Below are positions 38,001 to 46,205 of a stretch of 64,000 nucleotides of DNA, one piece after another. The notes under the pieces are model-generated. The model had not been told where the DNA came from. It worked only from the letters and a program-made list of their open reading frames with translations, and made no database searches. The stretch comes from a virus. Taxonomy: Duplodnaviria; Caudoviricetes. The translations under genes and the position numbers were made by a program. The DNA lies in the IMG/VR virus record IMGVR_UViG_3300032007_000010. One strand, 5' to 3'. How positions within the stretch are numbered: position 1 is the stretch's first letter; every line of letters begins with the position of its first letter.

Positions 38001-41000
38001 GCTTCCTGCGCCGTGGCTTTTCCGGTCACCTTGGCGAGGGCACTGGCAACCACCTTGTTGCTGAAAAACTTTGTGATGAGTTTCTGTGCCTGGTTGAGCA
38101 ATGCTGGACCGCCTCTCAGAGCAGTTCCGCTGGCCGTGCCACCCGAACGTAACCACGTGGTGAGACCACCGGCAGCGCCGCTGAGATAGCTAATCAAGCG
38201 TGTTCCAATCTTTGGAATGTTTGCGGCTACTCGATAGCCGTCCCCACGGTTGGCAGCCACGGCGGTGCCCGCCAGTGCGCTGAACACACCCAAGCCAGAT
38301 TCCGGTGCTGCGAGCGATCCGGTGTTTCCCGGAAGCGATAGCAAACCACTGCCCGCGGCAGCTCCTGCGCCTGCGGCTCCGGCCGTTGCCGTGCCACCGG
38401 CGAGAGCAGTTGCGGTCCTCAGACCTGCTATGGTGAGCACTGCGTTTTTGATCGTATTGAAGATGCCATCTCCGCTAAACGTGTTGAGCAAATTGCCGAG
38501 CATGTCTAGGATCGACGTTTTCTTCTCAGGATCACCGACAACCTGAAGCATGCGATTGTTGGAATTCATCGATGCGGCGTCGCGGATAGCGATCACCTCG
38601 GTCATGCTCTTGGCATTGGCGATGGCCTTGTCATAGGCCTGACCCTGATCACCGGCACCCTCCGCATCGTGATCAACCTTCGCATAGGTGCGAACATAGT
38701 TTCTGAAATCGACAACCTCATCGGTTCCTGCCGCATTGGCATCGCCGAGACCCTCGATTCCATTTCTTTGCTGCATGAGATCTTGCAGATCAGACGGTTT
38801 GGTCGGTCTATTGATGCTTTGGAGAATACCCTTTGCGGTTCCGAGGATCTCCGCGAGGTATCCATTGCCCTGGTTGAGGGCCACAAGCTCCGTGTCAGCA
38901 TCCGTGAGATCCTGCAACGTTGGATTTACGCGAGTCTTTTTATCCCGAGTTTTGCGTTCGCGCTTCTCCACCTTGCCGGTCGCGATAAACTCGAGGAGCT
39001 TGAACGGAGATGATAGTGCTCCCCCGACCATCTTTGCTCCAAAATTGAACAGACCCTTTGCTCTGCGCTTGAGGAACCCGGAGATACCATCTCGACCTTC
39101 TTCGTCGCCAAAGATTTTACCAACAACCTTTCCCGCGATCTTATCCCCAATGTTTACGAGTCCACCGAAGATCTTAGAACTGGCCTTCTTGAGCTTATCC
39201 TGGAGACCCTTGGCAGATCTGGATAGACGATCGAGGATGTCCTCCTTGAACCAGTCAGAGAATCGCTCGGTGAGTCCCTTGATCTTATCGGCGAGCGGGT
39301 CGATCATTTTCTTCTCGATGGAATCGTAGGCCTTGCCGAAGAGACCGCCTTCCTTGACCTTTTTCTTGGTGACGATTCTCTTGCCAGTCTTCGGGTCAAC
39401 CTCGCTGATCTCACGTTCGACATCCTCACCGAAGAGCATCTTCTGAAATCTGTCCGCGGAACCGAGTCCAACCAATCCGCCCAGGATACCCATGACCGGT
39501 CCGGCCACGGTGAGTCCGGGAAGAAGTCCCATGGAAGATACCGCAGACCACACACCCTTTCCGGCCAGGAAGCCGAGGGTTGCGGGTGGTGCATACTTTT
39601 TCAAATGTGCGGCGATCTTATCGCGCATGTTCTTGGAGATGATGCCGGAATCGCCCGTGACATCATCCTCATCGCCGAACAGGATACGCCTAAACTCGCT
39701 CGAGGATGCACCGAGACCGCCGATCGAGCCGATGAATGCTCCGAGTCCAGGCCCGATGCCAAAGGGTAACAGGCCAATTCCACCGGCGATGGCACCGGCA
39801 ACGAGGCCCTTCTTCATGCCGGGGAGGTATTTTGAATACACGTCCCAGGCTTTGTCTCCGAGCTTTCCACCCTTCCTCGTCTTCCGATCATGGGTGAAGC
39901 TAAGACCGGTCACCGGGTCAACACGAGTCTCCGTCTCGGTCACTTCGTCACCGAAGAGCATCTTCGTGAGATTCTCAGAACCATCGATGAGACCTCTGGT
40001 TGCACCGACGATCGAATGGAAGATTGGACCACCGGGGATGAACAATGATGTCAGAAGGCCGGTGCTCGCGCCGATGACCATGTTTGGCGCAGAACCCCGA
40101 AGCTCGTTCTTAACCTTCTCCAGCTTTTCCTTGGAGTCGTCCGAGCCAAACATCATATCGCCAAATTCATCGAAGCGACGACGGAGATTGCCAACGAATC
40201 CGGAGTATGTTGTCGTGGTTCCATGGGTCGGAGAATTCTCCTCACGTTTACCCTTACCATCCACGTATGCACCATAGAGGAATTTGTCGAGACCATTCTT
40301 GGCTCTGGCATAGGTCAATCCCTTGGATTCTTTGCCTATGTCACCGACAACGTTCATTGCGCCGGAAACCCAGCCTCCCTGGTACTGACCATTCTCATCC
40401 TTGGTTCCGAACACCGTTTCGGCGGCTTTGCGTTTTCTGTCATCCCAGTGCAAGAGATCCTTGAGTTCCTGACCGACTCGGGTGAAGAGTCCGGTATCCT
40501 TGTCAAAGAAGAATCTCTTCATCGGATCCCCGATATTCTTGGAGAACCAGTCCCTCGCCATGACAAAATGTGCCTGAACCGTTTTGGTGAGATAATCGGT
40601 GAGATTCACGTCCTCATCATCGAGATTGAGATGTCCAGCGGTACGTTCACCGTAGAGTATCTTGAACATCGTTTGGTCCGCGATGCGAAGACCGTTCTCG
40701 AAGAGTTTGAAGGGTTCACGTGCCAACCGTTTGAGCACCGCGATGATCCCGTCTTTGCCATCATATTTGACTCGCTGCCCACGAGTTGCGGCATCGCGGC
40801 CGAGAGGGTTATCGGGATCGAGATTCTTGGTCATGTTGAAGATCTCATCAAAGATCTGCTGATTGGTCATGTCACCATTGATCTCGATCGGAGACATGCT
40901 GTCCACGATGTAATCCCGGTGCAACTTCTGAGACGCCTCGCGCTGGATGCGCCGTCTGAGCTGTTCATCGGCATCATAGTCGCGACCCGTGCGTTTCTTG

Positions 41001-43186
41001 TAGTCTTCGCGCATCTTCCGATCTTTTTCTGACGAGGATATGCCTCTTCCGGAGGATGCATCGCGGATCGCATCGGCGAGTTTCTTGTCAAACACGGATT
41101 GGCTCGCAGCCGCATCCGACGCTGCACGGAAGCTATCCATGAGCAATGCGCCATCGGCACCGCCCATGTCATAGGAGTAGGTGATCACACCGCGACGCAG
41201 CATTGCGCGCACATCGGCGAGGAGGCTGTTTGTGGCACTCACGCCACCGGAGGAGAGATATCTCGCGAGATCAGGTCCCTCCATGGTGTTTAGTCGGTTA
41301 TTCTGGCGGAGGCGATATGCATCGAGTCCAGCCTCGCCGAGACCATTTCTCCATTGTTCGGCTTCGCTGATCAGATTCTTGCGCTCGATGTCGGACATGA
41401 AGGAGAATGCTCCGCGTAGACCGCTGTCGGCGAGAAACTGACTCTCGTATTGGACATTGCGTCTACGAGCCGCATGGGCACCGCTGAGACTGGCATCCAT
41501 GGCCATGCGCTCATTGCGAGGCATGGTTCTGAGAAGCTGTGTGAGAACTCTGCGGTAGGTTTCCATCTCGGCCGGAGTGGCTCTTCCCTTTGAGAAGTTG
41601 ATACTATTGATCAGTCTGTTGAATTCCTCGCTACCAGGTTCGGCAAAGCTATCTGCCTCGGCGGCACGCTGTAGATATAGATTGAGAAAGTCGCGAAAAT
41701 CCTCCGATTGTTTCGCGGTGCCAAGGTTTATGCGTTCGCCGCGCTTGATGAGTTTATTCCCAGCTTCGCCAAGGTTCGTGGAGAGATTTCTGGCACGGAT
41801 TCCGCTCTCGGCAACAACCTTATCGGCTCTGACAAGTCTGCCAGACCGGTAGTCGAATACCTGGAGAGGGCCTCCGGTGATGTGCGAGTCGATGCGAGAG
41901 AGCCACATCGGGATGACCTCTTCGATGGCTCGGACCGTCTTGTTGCTGAAGACTGCCCGATCCGTCATGTTCTGGGTCATCGTATTGATCTCGGACTTCG
42001 AAGCGTTGGATACTCCGAGAAGATTGAATAGCCAATCGATCTTATTGTCGGACCGGTAGGCATTCTTACCTCTCTTTGCGAACTGATTGAGTAATGCCGG
42101 GAAGAAGTTCTCGAGATTCTCATTTGTGCGCTTCATTTGCCGCTGAAGACTCTTGGGCGCAAGTTGCTTCCAGACCTCTCCGCCAATGATCTTGCTGAGC
42201 TCCATCCACGGATTGTCCTTGAAGCTATCGAGCATCATGTTGCCCATGCCACCGCCCATCATGCCGGTGACCATCGACATTCCAAACCCAAGCTGGCTTT
42301 CCTGGAAGTTTTTAACAATCTGCTTCCCATAGTTTCGGAGATCGAAGCCAGAACCGCGACCACCGCGGAACACTTCTAGTTCACGACCCTGCCGACGAGT
42401 GTTCACCGGCGGATTGACTCCATGATCGATGTGTTCCAGAAGACCAATGATCTTGTCCATCTTCTCCATGGTCTTGAGATGCGCTTCGCGGGCCACATCC
42501 ATCTGCGCCTGGGTGCTCTTGGATATGAGCTCGAAGGTCGCAGCCTGGGTCGTGATCATGTTGTCCATCTGGTTCATGAGCTGGGCGTGCTGCTTCAGCG
42601 ACATCTGCAGTGTCATCTGAGCATTGGCATTCTGGTTGGTGAGCAATGCCTCGGTGGAGTTGCCAAGTGCATCCACCATCACCTCGGCACGATAGCTCTC
42701 CGCATCCTCCTGGGCCTGCGCAAGACGCATGCTAAAGTCACGCTCATCGGATTCTGGTTTTTCGTCATCACCGATCCAGTTACCCTTATCATCGTACTTG
42801 CTCATGTCCATGCCACCGAAGCTCTCCAGAGCCATCATCTGGGACATGGAACTGCGCGCACGCTTGGGGTCATAGAGGTTGCCGGATCTCAGGTCATCAC
42901 CCATGTTCTTGGCGATTGCTCGAAGATTCTTGAAGGTATCCGAGTCGGTGACCCTGGAGATGGCACGTGCACTCTGCTCCGTCGGATTTCTCAGAAGTCT
43001 GACCGCATCGTTGAGAAGCTCACGATTCGTCTCGTAGAGAGATTTGGAAGCGGGCATCTCGGTTTCCAAGATGCTCTTGCCGGTTTCCAAAAACATGCGC
43101 CCCGCAGATTTTGCGAGGTTGGAACGACGCACGGCCTTTTCCACCTTGGATCGTGTTTCACGAGTGTTCTGATCCTGTCTAGGCAT
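35057..43186 (-). CDS. Tape-measure-like tail protein/tail-associated lysin (2709 aa): C39-like peptidase, NlpC/P60-like and phage tail lysozyme domains
   Basis: Helical N-terminus, Gly-rich TM repeats; YSQDD.RW…GCGPTAAAMV…HYIV (C39); CAS.V.WAY…LQPGDIV…HTEMYVG (NlpC/P60); AGLMGNIYAESG…GYGLAQWT…HNFEQP (Phage_lysozyme2). Confidence 0.85.
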   Translation of the reverse strand: MPRQDQNTRETRSKVEKAVRRSNLAKSAGRMFLETGKSILETEMPASKSLYETNRELLNDAVRLLRNPTEQSARAISRVTDSDTFKNLRAIAKNMGDDLRSGNLYDPKRARSSMSQMMALESFGGMDMSKYDDKGNWIGDDEKPESDERDFSMRLAQAQEDAESYRAEVMVDALGNSTEALLTNQNANAQMTLQMSLKQHAQLMNQMDNMITTQAATFELISKSTQAQMDVAREAHLKTMEKMDKIIGLLEHIDHGVNPPVNTRRQGRELEVFRGGRGSGFDLRNYGKQIVKNFQESQLGFGMSMVTGMMGGGMGNMMLDSFKDNPWMELSKIIGGEVWKQLAPKSLQRQMKRTNENLENFFPALLNQFAKRGKNAYRSDNKIDWLFNLLGVSNASKSEINTMTQNMTDRAVFSNKTVRAIEEVIPMWLSRIDSHITGGPLQVFDYRSGRLVRADKVVAESGIRARNLSTNLGEAGNKLIKRGERINLGTAKQSEDFRDFLNLYLQRAAEADSFAEPGSEEFNRLINSINFSKGRATPAEMETYRRVLTQLLRTMPRNERMAMDASLSGAHAARRRNVQYESQFLADSGLRGAFSFMSDIERKNLISEAEQWRNGLGEAGLDAYRLRQNNRLNTMEGPDLARYLSSGGVSATNSLLADVRAMLRRGVITYSYDMGGADGALLMDSFRAASDAAASQSVFDKKLADAIRDASSGRGISSSEKDRKMREDYKKRTGRDYDADEQLRRRIQREASQKLHRDYIVDSMSPIEINGDMTNQQIFDEIFNMTKNLDPDNPLGRDAATRGQRVKYDGKDGIIAVLKRLAREPFKLFENGLRIADQTMFKILYGERTAGHLNLDDEDVNLTDYLTKTVQAHFVMARDWFSKNIGDPMKRFFFDKDTGLFTRVGQELKDLLHWDDRKRKAAETVFGTKDENGQYQGGWVSGAMNVVGDIGKESKGLTYARAKNGLDKFLYGAYVDGKGKREENSPTHGTTTTYSGFVGNLRRRFDEFGDMMFGSDDSKEKLEKVKNELRGSAPNMVIGASTGLLTSLFIPGGPIFHSIVGATRGLIDGSENLTKMLFGDEVTETETRVDPVTGLSFTHDRKTRKGGKLGDKAWDVYSKYLPGMKKGLVAGAIAGGIGLLPFGIGPGLGAFIGSIGGLGASSSEFRRILFGDEDDVTGDSGIISKNMRDKIAAHLKKYAPPATLGFLAGKGVWSAVSSMGLLPGLTVAGPVMGILGGLVGLGSADRFQKMLFGEDVEREISEVDPKTGKRIVTKKKVKEGGLFGKAYDSIEKKMIDPLADKIKGLTERFSDWFKEDILDRLSRSAKGLQDKLKKASSKIFGGLVNIGDKIAGKVVGKIFGDEEGRDGISGFLKRRAKGLFNFGAKMVGGALSSPFKLLEFIATGKVEKRERKTRDKKTRVNPTLQDLTDADTELVALNQGNGYLAEILGTAKGILQSINRPTKPSDLQDLMQQRNGIEGLGDANAAGTDEVVDFRNYVRTYAKVDHDAEGAGDQGQAYDKAIANAKSMTEVIAIRDAASMNSNNRMLQVVGDPEKKTSILDMLGNLLNTFSGDGIFNTIKNAVLTIAGLRTATALAGGTATAGAAGAGAAAGSGLLSLPGNTGSLAAPESGLGVFSALAGTAVAANRGDGYRVAANIPKIGTRLISYLSGAAGGLTTWLRSGGTASGTALRGGPALLNQAQKLITKFFSNKVVASALAKVTGKATAQEATSLVLGHVDDVIKTLSAAEIQNTARLIGKYFTIAMAVIDFIKGSYYAQNYFEVLPNDVTAGMTFAAGAGEAISGLLCGIISGKSIAGWLWDWLGPIEEREQLAAKQETARQSYGEFLQSGGDSSKPWVNYSDYTMDDYLSYEKNQQVVNSSGFQRLIAHKTGTDRRQHGRGRWGRGSNMMKVYSQDDMRWSNLAGDGCGPTAAAMVASAYGDTATPADMDALSRRMGMRANDGGTNPEFFGNLGRGRWGRGYYMNEGPVSEHAIRSNLNRNEPVVLMGKGGAFGPDEHYIVGRRIAGNSMQYADPYTGSFGVGNIRSIAKNTHNAIYSHSTGRGRWGRGPTTDPLLQYNVGKQTEAAANRAAAMNDPLYAHNVGVQRSLGVTNSSDARVRLDGVVVNDSNAEAAKIIEAQNALVNAMYSIKGRIQYSCKSSIQDPDRGIASCASTVGWAYRKVLNEMNMSASSAEQSKDGRFQDIYRFGQPGTAPGRTFDLSKLQPGDIVYMYNPKYKSNHTEMYVGNGIDMSHGGGTNGSQPGPNEVRLDESRQRCVFAVRRYKKFINGETFSYTDPGSFTGTTTVASSSPFGDDYSSLGFLGKLTRILQTANDALWGGTPDNDMSANAGSTGSTETVSGTKGSNISGTTNREKVWNYLRNKGLSAVATAGLMGNIYAESGIRPEAVQGDYRQKNRTAYDEEYRSKVDSGAISEHDFVHNGPGGGGYGLAQWTYHTRKQELYDLKKSTGSSIADVGLQLDHLWNELNKPSYKDSVLGAIKGAGTVKQASDIVLHNFEQPKNQSAAVENTRASYGQQIYDALKTLGSDAEATANAREVSEAAGYNGSAGDFKRLEYGGGRRWGRGHDTTNLNSLNMRVREINDQFEQARTEAKDQSTAEEITKAITGAVSQATTGGNSEAMLSLLTTSLGQMIQLLSDIKDNTTVDTRTSAIGGRSSAVPTSRADDFSSTFNMDVSGQAGSKIIDRLTTR
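35435..37495 (-). repeat. Four GRGRWGRG-type peptide repeats; two share an identical 24-nt DNA copy
   Basis: CCGCGACCCCAGCGTCCACGGCCG at 36984-37007 and 37248-37271; variants at 37473-37495 and 35435-35458. Confidence 0.85.
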
Positions 43187-43220
43187 AAAATTCACCACCT
43201 TTCCGGTGTCATGTATACTG

Positions 43221-43232
43221 TATAAGGATGTT
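43221..43232 (-). promoter_or_regulatory. Class II promoter AACA-TCCT-TATA
   Basis: Exact motif upstream of tape-measure gene. Confidence 0.7.
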
Positions 43233-43286
43233 CGTTTTGGGCACCGCAAAGGTTTATCGTATTTCCGATTTTTCCCATTGTGGAGC

Positions 43287-43298
43287 TATATATCATAG
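43287..43298 (+). promoter_or_regulatory. Class I promoter TATATATCATAG
   Basis: Followed by CAA-TGAAGGAAGCA; TGAAGGAAGCA also follows the 51217 copy. Confidence 0.75.
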
Positions 43299-43396
43299 CA
43301 ATGAAGGAAGCAAAGAAAGTCTTCCCAATCAACCGGTTCGATGGTGTTTGGGCTCACCTGAGAACACACAAAATTAGATAAATGGAGGAATTCAAA

Positions 43397-44233
43397 ATGT
43401 TTAGCAAGATCATGAGCGCGAAGGACAATATCACCAGGGGTATGTGGACCCTCAAGAACCGTGCCGAGTTCGAGGCCAACGTGCGCGCCGCGAAACGTGC
43501 CATCAAGAAGCAGGAGCGGGAAGCCGAGCGCGCCCGTGCTGCCTGTGACGTGAGCGGGCTCGACGAGATCGACGTCGACAAGCTCATCGACGACATTTGC
43601 ACGGCCAACGTCACCGGCGTCGAGCTTCTCGGTCTGCAGCTCGAGGAGGAGAAGCTTCATAAGCTCTACAAGAAGTTCCACAAGCTGGCCGGAGAAAAGG
43701 GCCTCGATCTCGCCGAGGATGACTTTGTCAAGCTCTACATCATGAAGCAGAAGGAGCTTGATGATCCTGTCGAGAAGGAGACCGCCGCCGACGTCGCCGA
43801 TGATGAACCTGTCATCAAACCCAAGGTGACGCCCAACGTCGATGAGTCCAAGAAGGATGACGGTGAGGCTGAGGAGCTCAAGCCTCGGAAGAGCTTCAAG
43901 GGCTTCGTTGATCTGAAGAAGATCCTCAAGGATGACGGCAAGAAGAATGACGATTCCGCCGCCGAGGAAGAGGAAAAGAAGGTCGACGATGCTCCCAAGA
44001 CCGAGGAAAAGAGCGAGAAGCAGCCCAGATCGAAGAAGGCTGCGAAGAACAAGGACAAGGTCGATTCCAAGAGCGAGCCCACGCCCGTCGAAGCCCAGGA
44101 CGAGCCCAAGAAGGATGAGGAGAAGACCACCAAGCGCAACACTCGTCCCAACGGGAAGAAGGCTCGAAAGGCTGCCCAGGCCGCGGCCAAAGCCGCCGCC
44201 GAGGAAGCCAAGCAGAAGGAGGGGGAGGTGTAA
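43397..44233 (+). CDS. K/E/D-rich low-complexity early protein
   Basis: GGAGG RBS before ATG 43397; highly biased codons; KA-rich C-terminus. Confidence 0.8.
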   Translation: MFSKIMSAKDNITRGMWTLKNRAEFEANVRAAKRAIKKQEREAERARAACDVSGLDEIDVDKLIDDICTANVTGVELLGLQLEEEKLHKLYKKFHKLAGEKGLDLAEDDFVKLYIMKQKELDDPVEKETAADVADDEPVIKPKVTPNVDESKKDDGEAEELKPRKSFKGFVDLKKILKDDGKKNDDSAAEEEEKKVDDAPKTEEKSEKQPRSKKAAKNKDKVDSKSEPTPVEAQDEPKKDEEKTTKRNTRPNGKKARKAAQAAAKAAAEEAKQKEGEV

Positions 44234-44283
44234 TGCCTCCCTCTCTTTGCTGGACTAAAATTTTTGAATCGAGGTAATGTAAC

Positions 44284-44808
44284 ATGAGAACCTACGAATA
44301 TGGCGCGCTGACTCCTATACAGTTCCTCCGGGTCCTCGAGACCAATCCGGATGATGTCTGTATCAACGTGGAGCTTAAGCTTCCGATCTCGCGCAAGATC
44401 ACCACGATCAAGGGAACCGCACCCGCGGTACTCTACCTCTTCGAGAATATTCTCATCAACGACAAGGACATCGCCCAGATGATCCTCGACGGTGTCAGGA
44501 TCGGCCACGATGGTCTCACTCTAACCGTGAGCGCCTTCGATGTGGAGAACGTTATCAGGTTCGCGAGATACGCCTCGGTCGGAGCAGTTCTCGATGTGCT
44601 CTGCATGGACGAGGAAGATCTGATCATCACCGACGCGGACCCGAAGTTCAGAGAGCAATACACCGTCTGCATCGCCAACCACTGCAAGAGCCAGCAGCAG
44701 GTGTTGAAGATTCACTACAGCTCCGACGTGGTACACGACGGCACCGTGGACAATCACCTCATGCAGGAGCTCCACAGCACCAACGGTCTCATCCTCTACA
44801 TTGCGTAA
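44284..44808 (+). CDS. Hypothetical protein
   Basis: GAGGT RBS, 174 aa. Confidence 0.75.
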   Translation: MRTYEYGALTPIQFLRVLETNPDDVCINVELKLPISRKITTIKGTAPAVLYLFENILINDKDIAQMILDGVRIGHDGLTLTVSAFDVENVIRFARYASVGAVLDVLCMDEEDLIITDADPKFREQYTVCIANHCKSQQQVLKIHYSSDVVHDGTVDNHLMQELHSTNGLILYIA

Positions 44809-44820
44809 AAAGAAAAAGAG

Positions 44821-44856
44821 ATCGGAGGAGGCATCAAGCCCCCTCCGATTCTTTTT
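44821..44856. terminator. Bidirectional terminator
   Basis: ATCGGAGG…CCTCCGAT with A-rich and T-rich flanks. Confidence 0.7.
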
Positions 44857-45322
44857 GTAGTCTCTTGCGGCGGTCCACCACCGACTTCTTGTAGGATACC
44901 TCTCCCTCGTGGGAGCCGGTGCGTCGAATCTTTTTGATGGTGAGACGGAGCATGCGATCCTGGAAGAGTCGCATATTCTTGCCACACTCCATGTACTGGT
45001 AGATGGCCTCATCCACCGCATCGGTGAACCATTCGGTGTCACGCGGTGTCATCTCAAAGCTCTCGATGAGCTCCCGACGTTCGCTACGATCGGTCACACC
45101 GGCATGTTTGAGAAACTTATCGAGAAATCGAACGAACCTGTCATGGATCGAATGGTCTACCTCCACGAGTTCACCGTGGCGCAGAAGTATCTTTTTGGCC
45201 TTGAAATCGGGGTCAGAGAGGATGGCATACACCAAGGCCTGATACTTTGTGCGCGAGAATGCTGTGCCGGGATCTTGCTCAAGTTCACTGAGCATTTCTA
45301 CCACATCGATCCTATCCATCAA
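44834..45322 (-). CDS. Hypothetical protein, weak HU-like segment
   Basis: GAGGGG RBS; EAIYQYMECGKNMRL loosely recalls HU helix-strand. Confidence 0.65.
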   Translation of the reverse strand: MMDRIDVVEMLSELEQDPGTAFSRTKYQALVYAILSDPDFKAKKILLRHGELVEVDHSIHDRFVRFLDKFLKHAGVTDRSERRELIESFEMTPRDTEWFTDAVDEAIYQYMECGKNMRLFQDRMLRLTIKKIRRTGSHEGEVSYKKSVVDRRKRLQKESEGA

Positions 45323-45668
45323 GTTTCATCCCCTCGGCAAATAGTCTGGAATCTAGCTCGATGCACTCGATCTTACCGATGTGTCGAATATGACCATCTA
45401 TGTAATCATAGTCGATGGGACCGGTCATGATTCCTATGGTATGGGCGGGTCGACGGTAGATCAGTTCGAACATCTCCATATGGTACGGTTCCCCGGGGAT
45501 GATATCCTCCATTGCCCACTCGCCCTTGAGGTATCGAACCAACACAATGTTTTCCATGGGAATGGGTTCGAGTCTGTTTCCAAGCCGTTGTTGCTCTACG
45601 TAGATTTTATCGCGAAGAGCTTCGTTGCTGGGATATTGATGCGTCATGACAAATGCTCCTTTCTTCAT
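45312..45668 (-). CDS. Hypothetical protein
   Basis: Operon packing; start may be downstream ATG after AAGGAG. Confidence 0.65.
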   Translation of the reverse strand: MKKGAFVMTHQYPSNEALRDKIYVEQQRLGNRLEPIPMENIVLVRYLKGEWAMEDIIPGEPYHMEMFELIYRRPAHTIGIMTGPIDYDYIDGHIRHIGKIECIELDSRLFAEGMKLDG

Positions 45669-45970
45669 CGAGGAATCAGGACCATGAAACCATCGGCATC
45701 GCGATAGTCTCCGCCCTTCTGCTTCTTGATCTCACCGGATTCGATCTGGGCCTGAACCCGATCACGCCATTTCTTGAGCAGTGGCGTATCAATTCCACCA
45801 TTGATGATGATGGTGAGAATATCCTCGTCCCTCGCATCCTTTCCATAGATCGGAAGTGCAAGCAATGCGGTGATGAGCTCGCGATTGATATCCTTCAGCA
45901 CGAGCTCCGATGTCTTCATTCGATCTTCCTGCTTCTTGGCAATGAGCGCCTTCAGATCAACTGTTCCCAT
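45665..45970 (-). CDS. Hypothetical protein
   Basis: GGGAGG RBS. Confidence 0.75.
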   Translation of the reverse strand: MGTVDLKALIAKKQEDRMKTSELVLKDINRELITALLALPIYGKDARDEDILTIIINGGIDTPLLKKWRDRVQAQIESGEIKKQKGGDYRDADGFMVLIPR

Positions 45971-46058
45971 CTACGGTTCCTCCCATAATATGTAATATTT
46001 TTCGTGTATTTGGCCGTCTGGATCAGACAAGCATATGTTCATGCCTGTCATGTCATTG

Positions 46059-46070
46059 ATATAGTATAGA
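46059..46070 (-). promoter_or_regulatory. Class I promoter variant TCTATACTATAT
   Basis: Followed by N3-TGA. Confidence 0.55.
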
Positions 46071-46141
46071 GATGTAAACAGATCATTGAAAAATAAATTC
46101 ATTGGGAAGAATTACCCAGAAGTCAGGATTGAATAACCCCG

Positions 46142-46153
46142 AACATCCCTATA
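46142..46153 (+). promoter_or_regulatory. Class II promoter AACA-TCCC-TATA for RNAP beta
   Basis: Exact motif; a second AACA-GATCAT-TG at 46077-46088. Confidence 0.7.
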
Positions 46154-46205
46154 ATGACATGCGGATGCGAACTTTATTTTCAAAGAAAGGCGGTGGTCTC
46201 GCCCC

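Noticed and set aside
43301-43381. Leaderless mini-ORFs starting right after class I promoters
   Set aside because: Only some copies have ATG/GTG there and others have CGA, so YGA looks like a promoter element; not excluded for this 26-aa case
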